DNA of 64,000 nucleotides from Lama glama (taxonomy: Eukaryota), in the NCBI GenBank assembly GCA_028534125.1, contig CM052817.1:104968001-105032000 (forward strand), in the 5' to 3' direction. The notes under the pieces were generated by a model. That model ran no database searches, was not told where the DNA came from, and saw only the letters and a list, made by a program, of their open reading frames with translations. A program made the translations under genes and the position numbers. Shown here piece after piece: positions 49,745 through 63,870 of the stretch; position 1 is the stretch's first letter; each line of letters starts with the position of its first letter.

Positions 49745-50285
49745 TCCCATTTTATCACATAAACCGCCAGTCCCACTCCTGGCCACTTACCCGAGAGAAA
49801 GGAGACATTTCCTTCATACAAAAACCTGCCTATGACCATTTATAGAAACTTTGTTAATAATAGCCCTAAACTAGAAACAACTAAGTGATCTTCATCAGTG
49901 AGGGAATAAACAATGCCTGGTAACTCTATTTAATGGGATAATAATCGATGAGGAAAATGAAACAAACTATTGATACATACAATGACTTGAAAGAATTTTA
50001 CAGGCATAACACTGAATGAAAAAGCCAATCTTAACAGGTTACGTATTATATAAGTCCATTTATAGGACATTTCTTGAAAAGACAAAATACAGTGATTGAG
50101 AGCAGGTCAGTTGATGCCAAGTTACAGATGGGCTGCATGTGACTAAAAAGAGATCATCTGAAAGAGTTTTAGTGGGATGATGGATATGTTCTGTATCCTG
50201 ACTGTGGAGGTGGTTACACAAATATACCTATATATATGTGTTCAAATAGATATATACACCAAAAAAAGAAAAACTTAAAAAAATA
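49745..50285 (+). mobile_element. L1MC/L1MD-like 3' end
   Basis: CCCACTCCTGG..TACCCGAGAGAAA..TAATAGCCCTAAACTAGAAACAAC..TGTTCTGTATCCTGACTGTGGAGGTGGTTACAC. Confidence 0.8.
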
Positions 50286-51089
50286 AGATTACTGCATTGT
50301 GTTGACTCTTATTTTGTGGTTGGCTTTATTCCTTTGGTAACTATGTAAGTTTAAAAAGCTAAAGCTCTAAACTGCTCTTAGAAACAATGAACAGTACATA
50401 TATGTAAATTTTTAAACGATTTTATCTCTCAGTGAATTACTCTTCTTAGAATAAACGTTGCTTAAACTAAGAAAACTAGTGTACAATTTAAAATAAGGTT
50501 TTCTGTGCTGCTTTGGTTCATTTTCTATTCCAGACTTGAAATCAGTCATTTCCCTAAAAAGGCTTGTTTCATTTTACTAGGAAATGCCATTTCAATCTGG
50601 CTGACGGAGACGATCACTGGGTATGTTCCTAAAACTTTTATGTGGACAGAGCTGGGAAGGCTTTTTTTTAAATATAAAATACATTCTTTTTTTGAGATAA
50701 AATACATTTTGAGTTCAAATAGCTATTCCCAATTTAAATTCTAGACTCCATAGTATTTACATAACTCTTCCATTCATAACTTTTATTCCTTTTCTCCCAC
50801 CAAAAAAAAAAAAAAATAAGACTTCTCAAGGACCAGGGGGAGATATTACAAAAATATTATATAATTATTTTTTGCTTTTTTCTACATTACACATTACACA
50901 GAATGGCAACACAAGCTCATCCATTTGCTTACTGCACATATTATTAAATGTTTTTAAATTGTATTTATCTTATTTTAAATTTAAGTATCGCTAAAGCCAT
51001 TACATAATCTCTCCTTTTTTTGTTCCTAATTTATTCTATTCTACATGTGCATATATATCTAATATTAACCACTTTATGTCAATAATTCT

Positions 51090-52640
51090 TTCATCATTGT
51101 AATTATCAAGTGCTCATTCCCTGAAAGATTTCTGGGAAATACATTCCTTGAAAATTTGCATGTTGAAAACAGTTTATCTGCAGTGTTTATACTTGAAAAG
51201 CAGTTTAGGTGGAAATAAAACCTCTGAATGATTGTCTTTTTTGTAAGTATCATAAAAATGTTTATCAGTTTACTTTATTCTTCTACTGAATTTTCTCACC
51301 CTTCCAACTTATTTCCTTGTTCACCTCTTTGCTGGAAGGATTTTTCTTCTCTATTCCTTTCCAAACTTTACTAGAATATTTCTTAATGTTAGACATTATG
51401 GGTAGATTTTTCCAGGTATGTGCTTTCTTCTTTAGAATGGGGTTTGCAATCTTCTTTTATTCTGCTTTCACAAATTTTTGAAACTTTTAGTCCTGATCTG
51501 GTTACTTGCTTTCCCCCTCTTGCTCTGGTATTCCTAATGTATGGAATTTGGATATATGCTCTGCTTGTCTTCAATAATTTTCATTTTCATCTAATTTATT
51601 TCTTCATTTCCTTATTGTATACTAAATGTTTCATCCTTTTTCTTCCACTTAATTTTTTTTTAATTATATTTATTTTTTGTTTATCTTTTTTTGGAGGTGT
51701 GTGAAGTAATTAGGTACTTATTTGTTTATTTTAATGGAGGTACTGGGGATTGAACCCAGGACCTCGTGCATGCTAAGCACATGCTTTACCACTGAGCTAT
51801 ACCCTGCCAGCCCCGTTTCTTCAACTTTTTAATGCATAATCTGTGTGTATTTGTTTTTATGTTATCTCTAGTTTACACTTTTGTCTTAATTTTTAATATG
51901 AACATTCCATGGGATTCAATTTCATCACTTTTCTGTTTTTCATTTGTATGCAAAATTACTTTCCTGAACTTTTAGACAGAAGACATGATATGATTCTTGT
52001 CTAATTTCATAACTCTAGAGTTTCCTCTTCTATAAAGTTTTTAATATATGTGGTTTGTTTTTTTTGAGACTTCCTGACTCTGTTCCCTTCCCCATTTTAT
52101 CCAGATCTTCTTTTTCCCGTCTCTGCTGTCCCACTGTGTGACACTTGGAATCTATTTTTAGCAGTTTTTCCTAAGAATGGAGATTTTTCCTGGAAGTGGG
52201 CTGTGGCTAGTTGGCTCTGAGGGTTAGGAGGCAGAAAGTACTTGAATCTCCTTTAAACCCCGTCAGAGCCCTCTGTCCCCACTTGCTGTTGGAATGTGTT
52301 AACCCCTTACAGTTTTCAAATCAACTAACAAGAGTTTCTGAGTGACTGGTAGTTATCCTGAAAAATGAGGTCTCTCAGATAGCCCAGCGCTTCCTGCTGT
52401 TTCCTCGTGTACAAACAGTGATTTCACAGAGTTTTTGTAGTTGTTGATGGTTCATTTCCTTCCACTCGTATTTTGTGTTACATGAGACGATTTTTCCTCC
52501 TAATACGTTTGTATGCATTTTCCATGAGTTTTTGTTTGTTCTGGCTTGTTTGTCCAGGTTGTTCTGTTTGGTTTTTTCGGAGGATTTAGACAATTTCAAA
52601 AACTGTATCACTGCTCCTGCTTTCTTGCCTGAATCCCATT
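51090..52640 (-). mobile_element. HAL1-like old LINE fragment
   Basis: ATTCCTTGAAAATTTGCATGTTGAAAACAG..TTATACTTGAAAAGCAGTTTAGG; T-rich antisense composition. Confidence 0.5.
51651..51815 (-). mobile_element. Vic-1-like SINE, well preserved
   Basis: AATGGAGGTACTGGGGATTGAACCCAGGACCTCGTGCATGCTAAGCACATGCTTTACCACTGAGCTATACCC (intact A and B boxes on the minus strand); TSD TTTCTTCCACTT / TTTCTTCAACTT. Confidence 0.92.
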
Positions 52641-54769
52641 TTCAAGAAGATTCTGTTCAAGAACTTCCACCTTTGTCCTTGACCTTGCTATAGTCCAAAT
52701 TAGCTCTAGCATCAGGGTCACTGTGGACTCTTCTGCTTCTTGTGTATGCATACTTCCAGTAATTTAGCTTAGCAGTAATTTGTTGAGTGACATCTCAAAC
52801 CCAGGTTCTTTTCGAGGTGTTAGCAGAATAAAGAAATAATTTATGACACCTATCCTTGCCCCCAGGTCAAGGGTACGTAAGGGTGGAAGCATTAAGAAAT
52901 ATTTTTAACACACTATGTTAAATGCTCATAGGCTCTTTTCACTTCACCTACCTAGTCACTCCCTTTCTTTCTGAATTCAGGGCTCATTGCAGACACCAGC
53001 TCTTCTCTGGAAATCTCTTCACAAGCCTTTCCTCACACACCTCATCGCTACCAGCCCCAAAGGCACACTATATAATTAGGCTTCTAGTCACTATCTCTCT
53101 TTTTTTTGGAGAGAACATGACCTATAAATTCTACATATCTGTCTTCTCTCACTGTTAGAATTTGGGTTTTCTTAAAGCATTTTTTAAAATATCTCCAACA
53201 CAATAAAATGTGTGCCACGTAGCTGTTGATAGTATCTCCTGAACGAATGATTTAAATAGATGAAAATAATGTTAAAACAGGAGGAAATAAATAATTCCAT
53301 TCTAGAAATTAAAGAAGTTTTACAGAGAAGGTACATCTGATCTGGGCCTCGAAATCTGGAATTAATCAATTGGCTTTAGGGGAATCAAAAGGGGAAAATT
53401 TTCTTTCTAATCATTATCTTCCTCCAGAGGTTATGTATTTTATTTCTTAGCTAGGGTTTGAATTCATTATAAATGAATCTTCTCTATGGACTGGCTCCCC
53501 AATAAACTAAATAAATGTCCTAAAGCAACTCTTAAGTGACATATCCTTGCTTTTAGAGTTCAAAACTCAGTGAAACTATGAATATGCTATTCATATATTC
53601 GTAACTATGAATATACTATTAGGAAAAGTTGACTCTTGTCAAGAACCATTTGTGGGAATCTGCAGTTGATTCTGTGGCTGGAATGATGTAATTATGAGCA
53701 GCTATAGTCATTTCATTCACACACACACACACACATATACGCACACAAATTCCTTTTAAGCTCTCAATTTCTTGAGTCCTTTCTGGTTTTTAAAGGCTAA
53801 CTTCATTTTTACCCCAAATGGCTCCAAGCCATTATATTTTTCCTTCACAATATTTCTAAATGGCTTCTCATTTTCCCTTTAGACTCTTCTCCTTATTGAC
53901 CAGTGCCTTCTCATTCTTTCTCTCTAAACTAAACATGAAAAATCATTGTTAAAAGTTTTGTGCTTTATACTTTCATATATTGAATCATTTTTTGCCAAGA
54001 TCTCTCCATATGAACCTTTTTCTAACTCAGAGACTTGCCTAAGTGGCTGTTTTTTCTTTATAAACCGTTACTTACTGATTCAATATAAGTCTAATTATAA
54101 TTGACACAAAGGCAAGTCTTAACTTTTGAGTACTCAAAAGCCTATGATGATTAATTTAGAATGGATTTGCAAACCCATGGCTCTATAATTCTATAACCTT
54201 TAAATATACTTAGAAAGCTTATCAGAATCAGATATAAAGTATTTTTAAACTACATTCACATTGCTACCACTTAATCCTCCTCCGCCTAACCACATGCATT
54301 CAAATGTATGCTCTTCTGAATAGGATCAGAAGCCAAAAAATATCGTTGAGACTTTTTATATCCCTCATCAAACCTGGACACAAAAAGACTGAGAACGGTG
54401 GTGTAGGATGCGCATCCAGAGCTGGAAATTTCCACTCTGATTTATATGTAATCCTTGAATCATAAAAGCATTCTGTGTGTACATAAGTGCATGTATTTTC
54501 TGACGTTTGCAAAACAATCATGGGATTCCCTGTGTCCCCTGAAAGTTAAATTCTCTGCAAAGCATAACAAGAAAACAAACACCCACATTATTTCAGAAAT
54601 GCCTTTTTATGTGTTTATCTAAATATGTTTAAATATATGTTTATTAAAGAGCCATGAACATAAAAAAGTACGCTAAATGAGAGCTGTGATGAACTTTTTA
54701 ATGTATAATTTATCAAAAAAGTATTCTTAGTCACTGAATGCATTGCTTGATTTAAAAGTTACATCAGCT

Positions 54770-54925
54770 GTATCAGGTGGATAGTATTATTATTTTTTTA
54801 ACCAGTGAAAACACTAAAATTATAAAGTTTAATTAAGCAACTCAAGGTCATGTAACTAGTAAACGGAGTAAAAGATTTGAACTCATGCCTAGTTTATCAC
54901 ACGGCTCTTTCTGCAATAACGTGCT
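54770..54925 (-). mobile_element. MIR SINE fragment
   Basis: ATTATTATTTTTTA..GTGAAAACACTAA..CTCAAGGTCATGTAACTAGTAA..GATTTGAACTC. Confidence 0.65.
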
Positions 54926-55329
54926 ATTTATGTGTGTAATATGCCGTGTAATTCAATGATTGAAGATAGTTCAATCCATAAATCCAGACCCCAAATTCCT
55001 AAAGTGAAGTAAAACTTGCTTCATTCAAAATTAGTCTCATGAAGTGCTCTGCAAAAAAACAAAGAAAACTAAGGTTTATGTTACAAAAATATTTTACACT
55101 CTATCACCAAGCACTTCCCAAAGTGTTGTAATCACAAAGCATTTTTGTTAGAATGTGTATTACGTACTAGTAATTCCAAATAGCTAGACATCCTTGGAAA
55201 ATGTTGTGTGAGATTAGACACTTACCTGCTTAACTGAATTACCCTTATCTTGATGTTCTGTCCATTAATACTACTTCTATGATGTTCACCCAAACGTTCT
55301 CATTTTAGGAGCTGTAGTTGAGAATGACA

Positions 55330-58300
55330 CCCCCTAAACCCCTCTTCCTCTGATAAACACTAATATATCTGTATCCATACATTTGCTTTTGTTTTATTTT
55401 GTTTGTTTTTTTTTTAGATTTGACATATGGGTAAAATCATATAATATTTGCCTTTCTCTATCTGACTTATTTCACATAGCAAAATACTTTCAAGATACAT
55501 TCATCTCCCAAATGGAAGGATTTCAGTCTTTTTAATGGCTGAGTAGTATTCCATTGGGTTTATATACCTCATCTTTTTTATTCATCCATCCATACTGGAC
55601 ATGAATGGTGCTTCTGTATCCTGGCAATTGTAAATAATGCTGCAATGAATATAGACTGCATATATCTTTTCATTTTCTTGTGTGTCTCTATGTGTGTTTA
55701 ATTTTCATTTGCTTACTGAAATGTAGTTGATTTACAATGTTTCAGATGTACAGCAAAGTGATTCAGTTATACGTATATATAAATTTATATTATTTTTCAG
55801 ATTCTTTCCCAGTATAGGTTATTGCAAGATATTGAATATAGTTCCCTGTGCTACAAAGTAGGTCCTTGTTGTTTATTTATTTTATATACAGTAGTGTGTA
55901 TATGTTAACCCCAAATTCCAAATTCATCCTTCCCTTCCCTTTTCCCTTTGGTATTTTTTTTTCAAATTTATACTTTCATGGTCTTCAGATAAATACCCAG
56001 AAGTAGAATAACCAGGTCATATAATAGTTCTATTCTTCATTTTTTGAGCAATCTCCATACTGTTTCTTATAGAGACTGCACCAATTTACAGTAGCAACTG
56101 TGTGGGGACTCCTTTTTCTCCACATCCCCTTCAATATCTGTTATTTATTGTGTTTTTCATAATAGCCATTCTATCATATGTGAGGTGATATTTCATTGTG
56201 ATTTGCATTTCCCTAATGACTACTGATGTTGAACATCCTTTCATGTGCCTGTTGGTTATCTGTATATCTTCTTTGGGAAAATGACTATTCAGAACCTCTG
56301 CCCATTTTTGAGTTGTATGAGTTCTTTATATATTTTAGATATTAACCCCTTATTGGATGCATGATCTGTAAATATCTTCTCCAAGTCTGTAGGATGTCTT
56401 TTTGTCTTGAGATGGTCCCTTTCAGTGTGCAGAAGCTTTTTAGTGTGATGAGTCCCATTTGTTTATTTTTGCTTTGTTGCTTTTGGAGTCAGATCCACAA
56501 AAGCATCATTAAGATAGATGTCAATGAAGTTAACATCTGTGTTTTCTCCTGGGAATTTTTTGGTCTCAGGTCTTACATTTAAGACTTTATTCCTTTCAGA
56601 GTTAATTTTGGTATACAGTATTAAGATAGTTGTCTAGTTTTATTCATTTGCACGGTGCTGCCTAGTTTTCCCAACACCATTTACCAAAGAGAGTCCCATT
56701 TTTCTATTGCATGATTGGTAATCTGTCAAAAATTCATTGGCCATGGGTGTGGATTTATTTCTGGACTGCCTATTTTGTTCCATTGATTTGTGTGTCTGTG
56801 TCTGGGCCAGTTTGTGATTACTATAGCTTTGTGCTATAGTTTAAAATCAGGGAATGCGATACTGCCAGGTTTGTTCTTTCTCAAGATTGTTTTGACTATT
56901 TGTGATCTTTTGTGGCTCCATAAAAATTTTAGAACTATTTGTTCCAGTTCTGTGAAATGTATCATTGAAATATTTATAGAGATTGGATCAAATCTGTACA
57001 TTTCTTTGGTAGTGTGGACATTTAACATTATGAACTATTTCAATCCATGAGCACGGAATATATTTTCATTTATTTGTGTCTTCTTCAATTTTGTTCCCTA
57101 GTGTCTTAAAATTTTTGGTATATAGGACTTTTATTGCCTTGGTTACATTTATTCCTAGCTATTTTATTCTTTCTGATGCAATTGTAAATTGATTGTTTCT
57201 TAATTTTTCTTTAACAATTTTACCTTTTCCTTTCCAATTTAGATGCCTTTTTCTTTTCTAAATGCTGTGGCTAGGACTTCCAATATAATGTGGAATAAAA
57301 GTGATGAGAGCAGGCACCCTTGTCTTGTTCCTGATCTTAGAGAAAAAACTTTCAGATTTTCACTGAGGATGGTGATAGCTATGGCATTGTCATATATGCC
57401 TTTATTATACTGAAGTATACACTCCTTCTATACCTATTTTTGAAGTTTTTTAATCATAAATGTATGTTGAATCTTGTCAAATGGTTTTTCCACATCTATT
57501 GAAATAATCGTATGATTTTTATCCTTCATTTTGTTAATGTGCTATTTCTTGTTGATTGATTTGCAGATATTGAATCATCTTTGCATCCTTGGAATAAATT
57601 CCACTTGATCATGGTGTATGATTTATTTAATGTATTGTTGGATTTGGTTTGCTAATATTTTGTTGAGAATTTTTGCATCTATGCTCATCAGCAATATTAA
57701 TATCCATTTTCCTTGTCTGGTTTTCTATAGGGTAACATTTGCTTTATAAACTGTGTTTGGGAAGTGTTCCTTCTCTTCAGTTTTTTTTTTTTTTGAAGAG
57801 TTTGAGAAAATACATATTAAATCTCTTTTGAATGTTTTATAAAATTTACTAGTGAAGTCTTCTGGTCCTGAAGTTTTACTTGTTGGGAAATTTTTGATTA
57901 CTGTCTCAAGTTCCTTACTAGTAATTGGTCTGCTTAGATTTTCTATTTCTTCATGATTCAGTTTTGAATAATTGTGTTTCTAGGAATTTATCCATTTCTT
58001 CTAGGTTGTTCAATTACTTTGTGTATAACTGTTTTAGTAGCTCTTATGATCCTATGTATTTTTGTGGTATCAGTTGTAACTTCTCCTCTTTCACTTCTGA
58101 TTTCATTTATTTGAGTTCTCTCCTTTTCTTGGTTAGTCTTGCTAAATGTTCATTGACTTTGTTTATATTTTTAAAGAACCAATTCTTAGTTCCATCCAAC
58201 TTTTCTATACTTTTTAGTCTTTATAATTTTATTTCCACTCTGATCTTTACTATTTCCTTTTTCTACTAATTTCATACTAATTCTGGACTTCATTTGTTCT

Positions 58301-61300
58301 TTTTCTAGGTTCTTTATGTGTAAAACTAATGGTTTATTTGGAATTGTTTGTTGATTTGTTTCTTGAGGAAGGCCTGCATTGCTAAGAACTTCCCTCTTAG
58401 AATTGCTTTTGCTGCATTACATCAGTTATGGTATGTAGTATTTCTGTTTCCATTTATCCATAAATTTTTTAAAATTTCTTCTTAGATTTCTTTAATGACC
58501 CCTTGTTTTTTCAGTAGCATCCTTTTTAATCTCCATGTTTGTGTTTTTTTCTGTTTTTGTTTTTTCCCCTTGTGGTTGAATTCTAGCTTCATAACATTGT
58601 GATCAGAGAAGATGTTTGATATGATTTCAATCTTGATTTTATTGAGATTTGTTCTGTGAACTAACACGTAATCTTCCTGGAGAATGTCCCATGTGTCCTT
58701 GAGAAGAATGTATACCCTGCTACTGTTTAACAAAATGATCTGCGTATATCTATTAAGTCAGTGTAATCCAACATATCATTTAACCCACTGACGCCTTACT
58801 GATCACTGTCTGGATGATATACCCACTGATGAAAGTGGAGTATTAACATTCCCTTACTCTTACTGTATTGCTTTCAGTTTCACCGAGTAAGTCTGTTAAT
58901 ATTTGCTTTATGTATCTTGATACATATCTTGGGTGCATATATATTTATAAATGTTATATCTTCCAGCTGGATTGACCCTTTATCATATTGTAATACCCTT
59001 TTGTCTTGTATTTTAGTCTTTGTGTTGAGTCTTTTTTTTCTGATATGAGTATAGGTACTCCAGCTTTCTTTTTATTTCCATTTGTTTGGAAGATCTTAAT
59101 CCATCCTTCACTTCCAGTCTGTGTGTGTCTTTTCTTCTGAAATGAGTCTCTTGTAGGCAGCATATTGATAGGACTGTTTATCCCTATTCAGGTGCTCTGT
59201 GTCTTTTGATTGACACATTTAGTCCATTTAGATTTGAATTAATTATTGCTATGTATGTACTTATTGCTACTTTAAAATTGTTTTCTGTATGTTTTTGTAG
59301 TTCCTTTCTGTTCCTTCCTTCTCCTCTTTCTCTCTTCCCTTGTGTTTCAATGGTTTTCTTTAATGTCAAGTTTAGATTCCTTTCTCATTTTCTTTTGTAC
59401 ATTTACTATAAGTTTTTTTCCCTTGTGGTTTCTGTGAGGTTCACATATGATATTCTATGTAAATAGTAGTCTGTTTTAAGTTGGTAGTAACTTAAATTTG
59501 AACACATTCCAAGGCTATCTTTTTACTCACCCTCCCCCTATACTTTATACTTCCAATGACATACTTTACATCTTTTTATTTTATGCATCCCATTAACTAG
59601 TTATTGTACTTAAAGCTAATGTTACTACTATTTTCTTTTAACCTTCATGCCTGCTTTATAAGCGATCGATCCACTACCTTCCTTATGTATTTGCCTTTTC
59701 CAGTGAGATTTTTACTATTGTATGTTTCTTGTTATTAACTAGTTCAGCTTAATGACCTCCCTTTAACATTTCTGTAGGACTGGCTTAGTGATGATGAACT
59801 TCTTTAACTTTTGTTCATCTGGGAACCTCTTGATTGCACCTTCAATTCTGATTGATAACTTTCTGGGGTAGAGAATTCTTGGCTAAAATGTTGGGGGTTT
59901 TGTTTGTTTGTTTGTTTTCCTTTCAGCTCTTTGAATAAACTATGTCACTGCCTTCTGGCCTGTAAAGATTTTGCTGAAAAATATGCTGAGAGCTTTATGG
60001 GGTTTCCTTTATACATAACAAGTTGTTTTTCTCTTGCTGCTTTTGGGATTCTCTCTTTATCCTTAACTTTGACCATTTTGATTGTAATGTATCTTGGAGT
60101 GTGATTCTTTGGGTTCATCTAATTTGGAACTCTGTGCTTCCTGGACTTAGATGCCTGTTTCCTTCCCCAGTTTAAGGAAATTTTCAGCCACTAATTCTTC
60201 AAGTAATTTTTCTGGTTCTTTATGTCCCTCTTTTCCTCTGGGGCCCCTATTATGTGAAAATTATTTTGGTTGATGCCCCAAAGGTCTCTTAGAGTCGTCT
60301 TCATTTTCTTAATTCTTTTTTCATTTTGTTGCTATGTATGGATCAACTCCATTGTTTTGTCTTCTAGCTCACTGATTTGTTCTTCTACCTCATCCAGTCT
60401 GATGTCAAACCCCCTCCCCCAGTGTATTTTTCAACTGAGTTGTAACTTCTGTCTGGTACTTTCTTATATTTGCTATCTCTTTGTCGAAAATCTCACTGTG
60501 TTCATCCATTCTTCTCCCAGTTTTGGTGAGCATTATTACAACCATTGTTTTGAACATTTTGTTGGGTTAGACTTCTTATCTTTGCTTCATTTCATTCTTT
60601 TTTCTGAAGTTTTGTCTTTCAATTGAAACATATTCCTCTGCTTCCTCATTGTGTCTAATTCTTTGCATCTGTTTCAATGTACTAGGTAAATCAGCTATCT
60701 CTCCCAGTCTTGAGGGAGTGGCCTTATTTAGGAGATATTCTGTAGGGTTCAAAGTTGCAATCCCGTCTGGCCACCAGAGCCAGGCACTCAAATGGTGTCC
60801 CCTATGTGGGCTATGTGTGTCCTCCTGTTGTGATGGATTGTGGCTGCTGCTAAAGCATGCTGGTGGCTTGGGTTGGCCCTGGACCAGCCTCCAGACCTCC
60901 CACAAGTCTTTCATGTGTTGGTGGGCAGAGTTATCCTTCAGCTGGCTGTGTGGTTTGGTTGAGGAACAGAGCGGATGGGACTCTCACAGGGGTGTATACA
61001 TCGGCACTAACAGGCTAAAGAATTTAAATGGTACCAACCAGTGCTGATATTAGCAGGTATCCTGAAATAACAAAAGTGTCACCTGCCAGTGTCTCTGTCC
61101 CAACTGTCTCCTGCCTCTCCAGCAGACACTTCAAGGCTAATAATTATGTTCCATCACCTCTGGTCCATGAGTTTTTTAATCTGGTGTTTTGCACTAGTTT
61201 TTGAGTCATGTTAGTCTGCATGTGAGCCCTTTACGAGCAAGTTTTCCATTCCCTTTATTTCTGTAGATTTCCTAGATGTAGTCACAGGTGGTTTTCAAAG

Positions 61301-61642
61301 CCAGGTGATTTGGAGACTTGTCTCTCCTGTGCAGGATCTAGGGATTAGGGAGACTGATGTGACAATTGAATCCCTTACTCCTTAGGGAAAAGATGTGACC
61401 TTTTGTGATCCCTGTCAGTTGTGGTCTCCTGTGTCTGGGATGTGGATTTTTCTGTGACAAGACTATCTCTCTGCCTCTCCTGCACATCTTGATGCTACAC
61501 TTTTGTCCTTTGTTGTGGAGGCTTTGTTCACCCAGTTTTCAGGTCCCTTTCTGATGTAATTATCCCATGCGTCATTGTAGATTTGTTGTGTCCATGGAGG
61601 GAGGCGAGTTCAGGATCTCCCTACACCACCATCTTTAATTCT
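55330..61642 (-). mobile_element. Near-full-length decayed L1 (L1MA9-like): 5' UTR, ORF1, ORF2, partial 3' UTR
   Basis: ORF-track peptides: STYIAIINSNLNGLNVSIKRHR (ORF2 start), GWIKIFQTNGNKKKAGVPILIS and IEIISNIFSDHN (endonuclease), MYRFDPISINISMIHFTELEQ..PDFKL (after RT); the 5' end carries AAGATGG (YY1-like) at about 61630; many stops and frameshifts. Confidence 0.93.
55700..55953 (-). mobile_element. Younger L1 3' end nested in the long L1
   Basis: GTAGTTGATTTACAATGTTTCAGATGTACAGCAAAGTGATTCAG..GATATTGAATATAGTTCCCTGTGCTA..TTTCCCTTTGGTA. Confidence 0.85.
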
Positions 61643-62799
61643 CAAACTTGGGACAGTCTTAATTTAGATTATGTTTTGCTTTCAGAAATATCTATATTGT
61701 CAGGTCCTCTCAAGCCTTTAGTCTAATGGTGCCACTTAATTTGTCTTTATGCATTAAATCTTCATTTGTAAGTCAACTCATCACATTGTCACTTTTTTTT
61801 TAATTTCATAGTTAGTAAAGAGAGAATAATACTACTTGGAGAGAGAGATGAAATGCTACAAGAAGGCATTTGAAGATAAAAAAATTGCTTCTGAAAATAA
61901 AATCAGGGATTTACTTTTGACTGCCAACCTAAATTTCAAATAGCTTTAGAATGTGGAATAATTAGATCACTTAAAGACAGCAAAGACACTCACCTCAGAT
62001 AATAAGAACACATCAGTATATATCTTCGCCCTACTGTTGCCGCAGAATGCTTTTAAAAATTCACATTAGCTGTTTGTGAGTCTCTGTGCTATTTCAATAG
62101 AATGAGAAACCTTATGGAATTAGTAATTACCTTATCAAGTAATTATGCTGCTTTCTTTGAATTCCCCAAGTCGTTTACATTACAAACCAGGAGGGAATAT
62201 CTTTGTTTTGGAATTACTTGGCTTCCTAGAGGTTTAAAGAGCATCAGTTTGAGACCAAACAAGTGACTGAGCAACCCATAAAAGTCAAGCAGTTACTATA
62301 AGGCACACCTGCATCAAACCTCACTAAGGAAGGTAAGAGACATCCTAACTCCTGAAGAGGCTGAAGAATGTGCTGGGAATTAAAGATACTCCTTGTAATA
62401 CAGTGAAATTGATCAAGGTACTCATCAACTAAAATGCAAACACATTTAATATGATATATAAGATAACATCTAAAACATAGCATTTAGAACATATTCCTTA
62501 AACATCTTTAGGATTTATATAATAATTTTCATAAGATTACACATCATAGGATCCAGGCATGATTTGTGTGGGATCTTCAATCTCAAGAAGTCTGTTTTCC
62601 ACAGACAAATTTTCACCACCACATTCCTAAGCTGTCATTTAGCCTGTGCCTGAAAACCAACAGTAAGTAGTGATGAAATTCACCAGTTTCACATGTGGGG
62701 AAGTCACCCTGAAAGTTCTTTCTCCTCCTCTCTTTCATAAACTTTCCAAAATACACATATACTTTTTTGGGTAAAATGACATTATTAAAATATTTACCC

Positions 62800-62920
62800 T
62801 AAACTAGACAGACAATTTCAGGAAGGCAGAGCCATGTTAAGATTAGCTCGTACTGTACCCCTGATGGCCAACACAGTGCCTGGCACATAGTAGACATCCA
62901 GGAAGCAGTCTATGAAATAT
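62800..62920 (+). mobile_element. L2 3' end fragment
   Basis: GGAAGGCAGAGCCATG..ACACAGTGCCTGGCACATAGTAGAC. Confidence 0.7.
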
Positions 62921-63042
62921 CTGTTTATTTGCAAATTTGCCAGTTAGTCTTAATTTCAATTTTGAAAAATTTCAAAACAAGTCTCTCTATGGGGGTAGGA
63001 ATTTGGTTGATGGTATTATGGAAGAGACAGCTGATTTTTCTC

Positions 63043-63755
63043 TGTATTGTTTAGGATTAGGTTTTTCTTTGGTAAAAACCTTAAATAATAGTAGCATGCA
63101 AGAGACAAGTTAATTTCTGTCTCAAGAAGTACCCTGGCAGTGCCTAATCATGGGTACCTGCTGTCTCACCATTCCATCCTTACACCTCACAGAAACCATT
63201 ATGTGAGCTTCTCTTCCTAAATTCCTCCTGTGGACAAATTTATTTATACAAGCTTCAGCTACCCTGCTTATGTTGCAGCCACCAGAAAAGGGAAAAGAAT
63301 TATTTTTTCACTCCTTTAGTACTCGCTAAATTTTAGACAGAAACTTGAATGACAAGAGAAAGATTATATTCCCGGGTGTCCCTTGGAGCTGGATGTATCC
63401 ATGTGACTAAGTTTTGGCCAGTGAGATGTACATGAGGGTGATGTATGCAAATTCTGGGAATTTTCTGAAATAGACAATCATGCCGGTCTTACTTTCTTTC
63501 CCTCTTTTTGCTAGCTAGAATGATGACGTGAAGGCTGGAGCTGAATCAAATTTAGAGGCATCCATGGTCGCTTAACAGAAGAAACCTTAGTGTCTGATCA
63601 GTAGAAAAGAAGAAACCCAGTTCCATAGCACAGACCAGTACTGGGACCAACATCTCCAGAATTTACCACGAGAGAAAACTCAACTTCTTTGTGGTTTACA
63701 GAATTGAGGTTTTCTGTCTCTTGCAAATCAAAATCTAATTCAAACAAATAGACTA
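63043..63755. mobile_element. MLT1J/I-like MaLR LTR fragments (two pieces, apparently in opposite orientations)
   Basis: TTAGGATTAGGTTTT..AATAGTAGCATGCAAGAGACAAG (antisense piece); CCATGTGACTAAGTTTTGGCCAGTGAGATGT..GTTTTCTGTCTCTTGCA (sense piece). Confidence 0.6.
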
Positions 63756-63827
63756 TCATGTTCCTGGATCTCTCATTATTCCTCCTGGTAAAACATTCAT
63801 CATTTTTGTAAATGCCTCGTTTGCTTC

Positions 63828-63837
63828 GTATATATAT

Positions 63838-63870
<33 letters not shown>

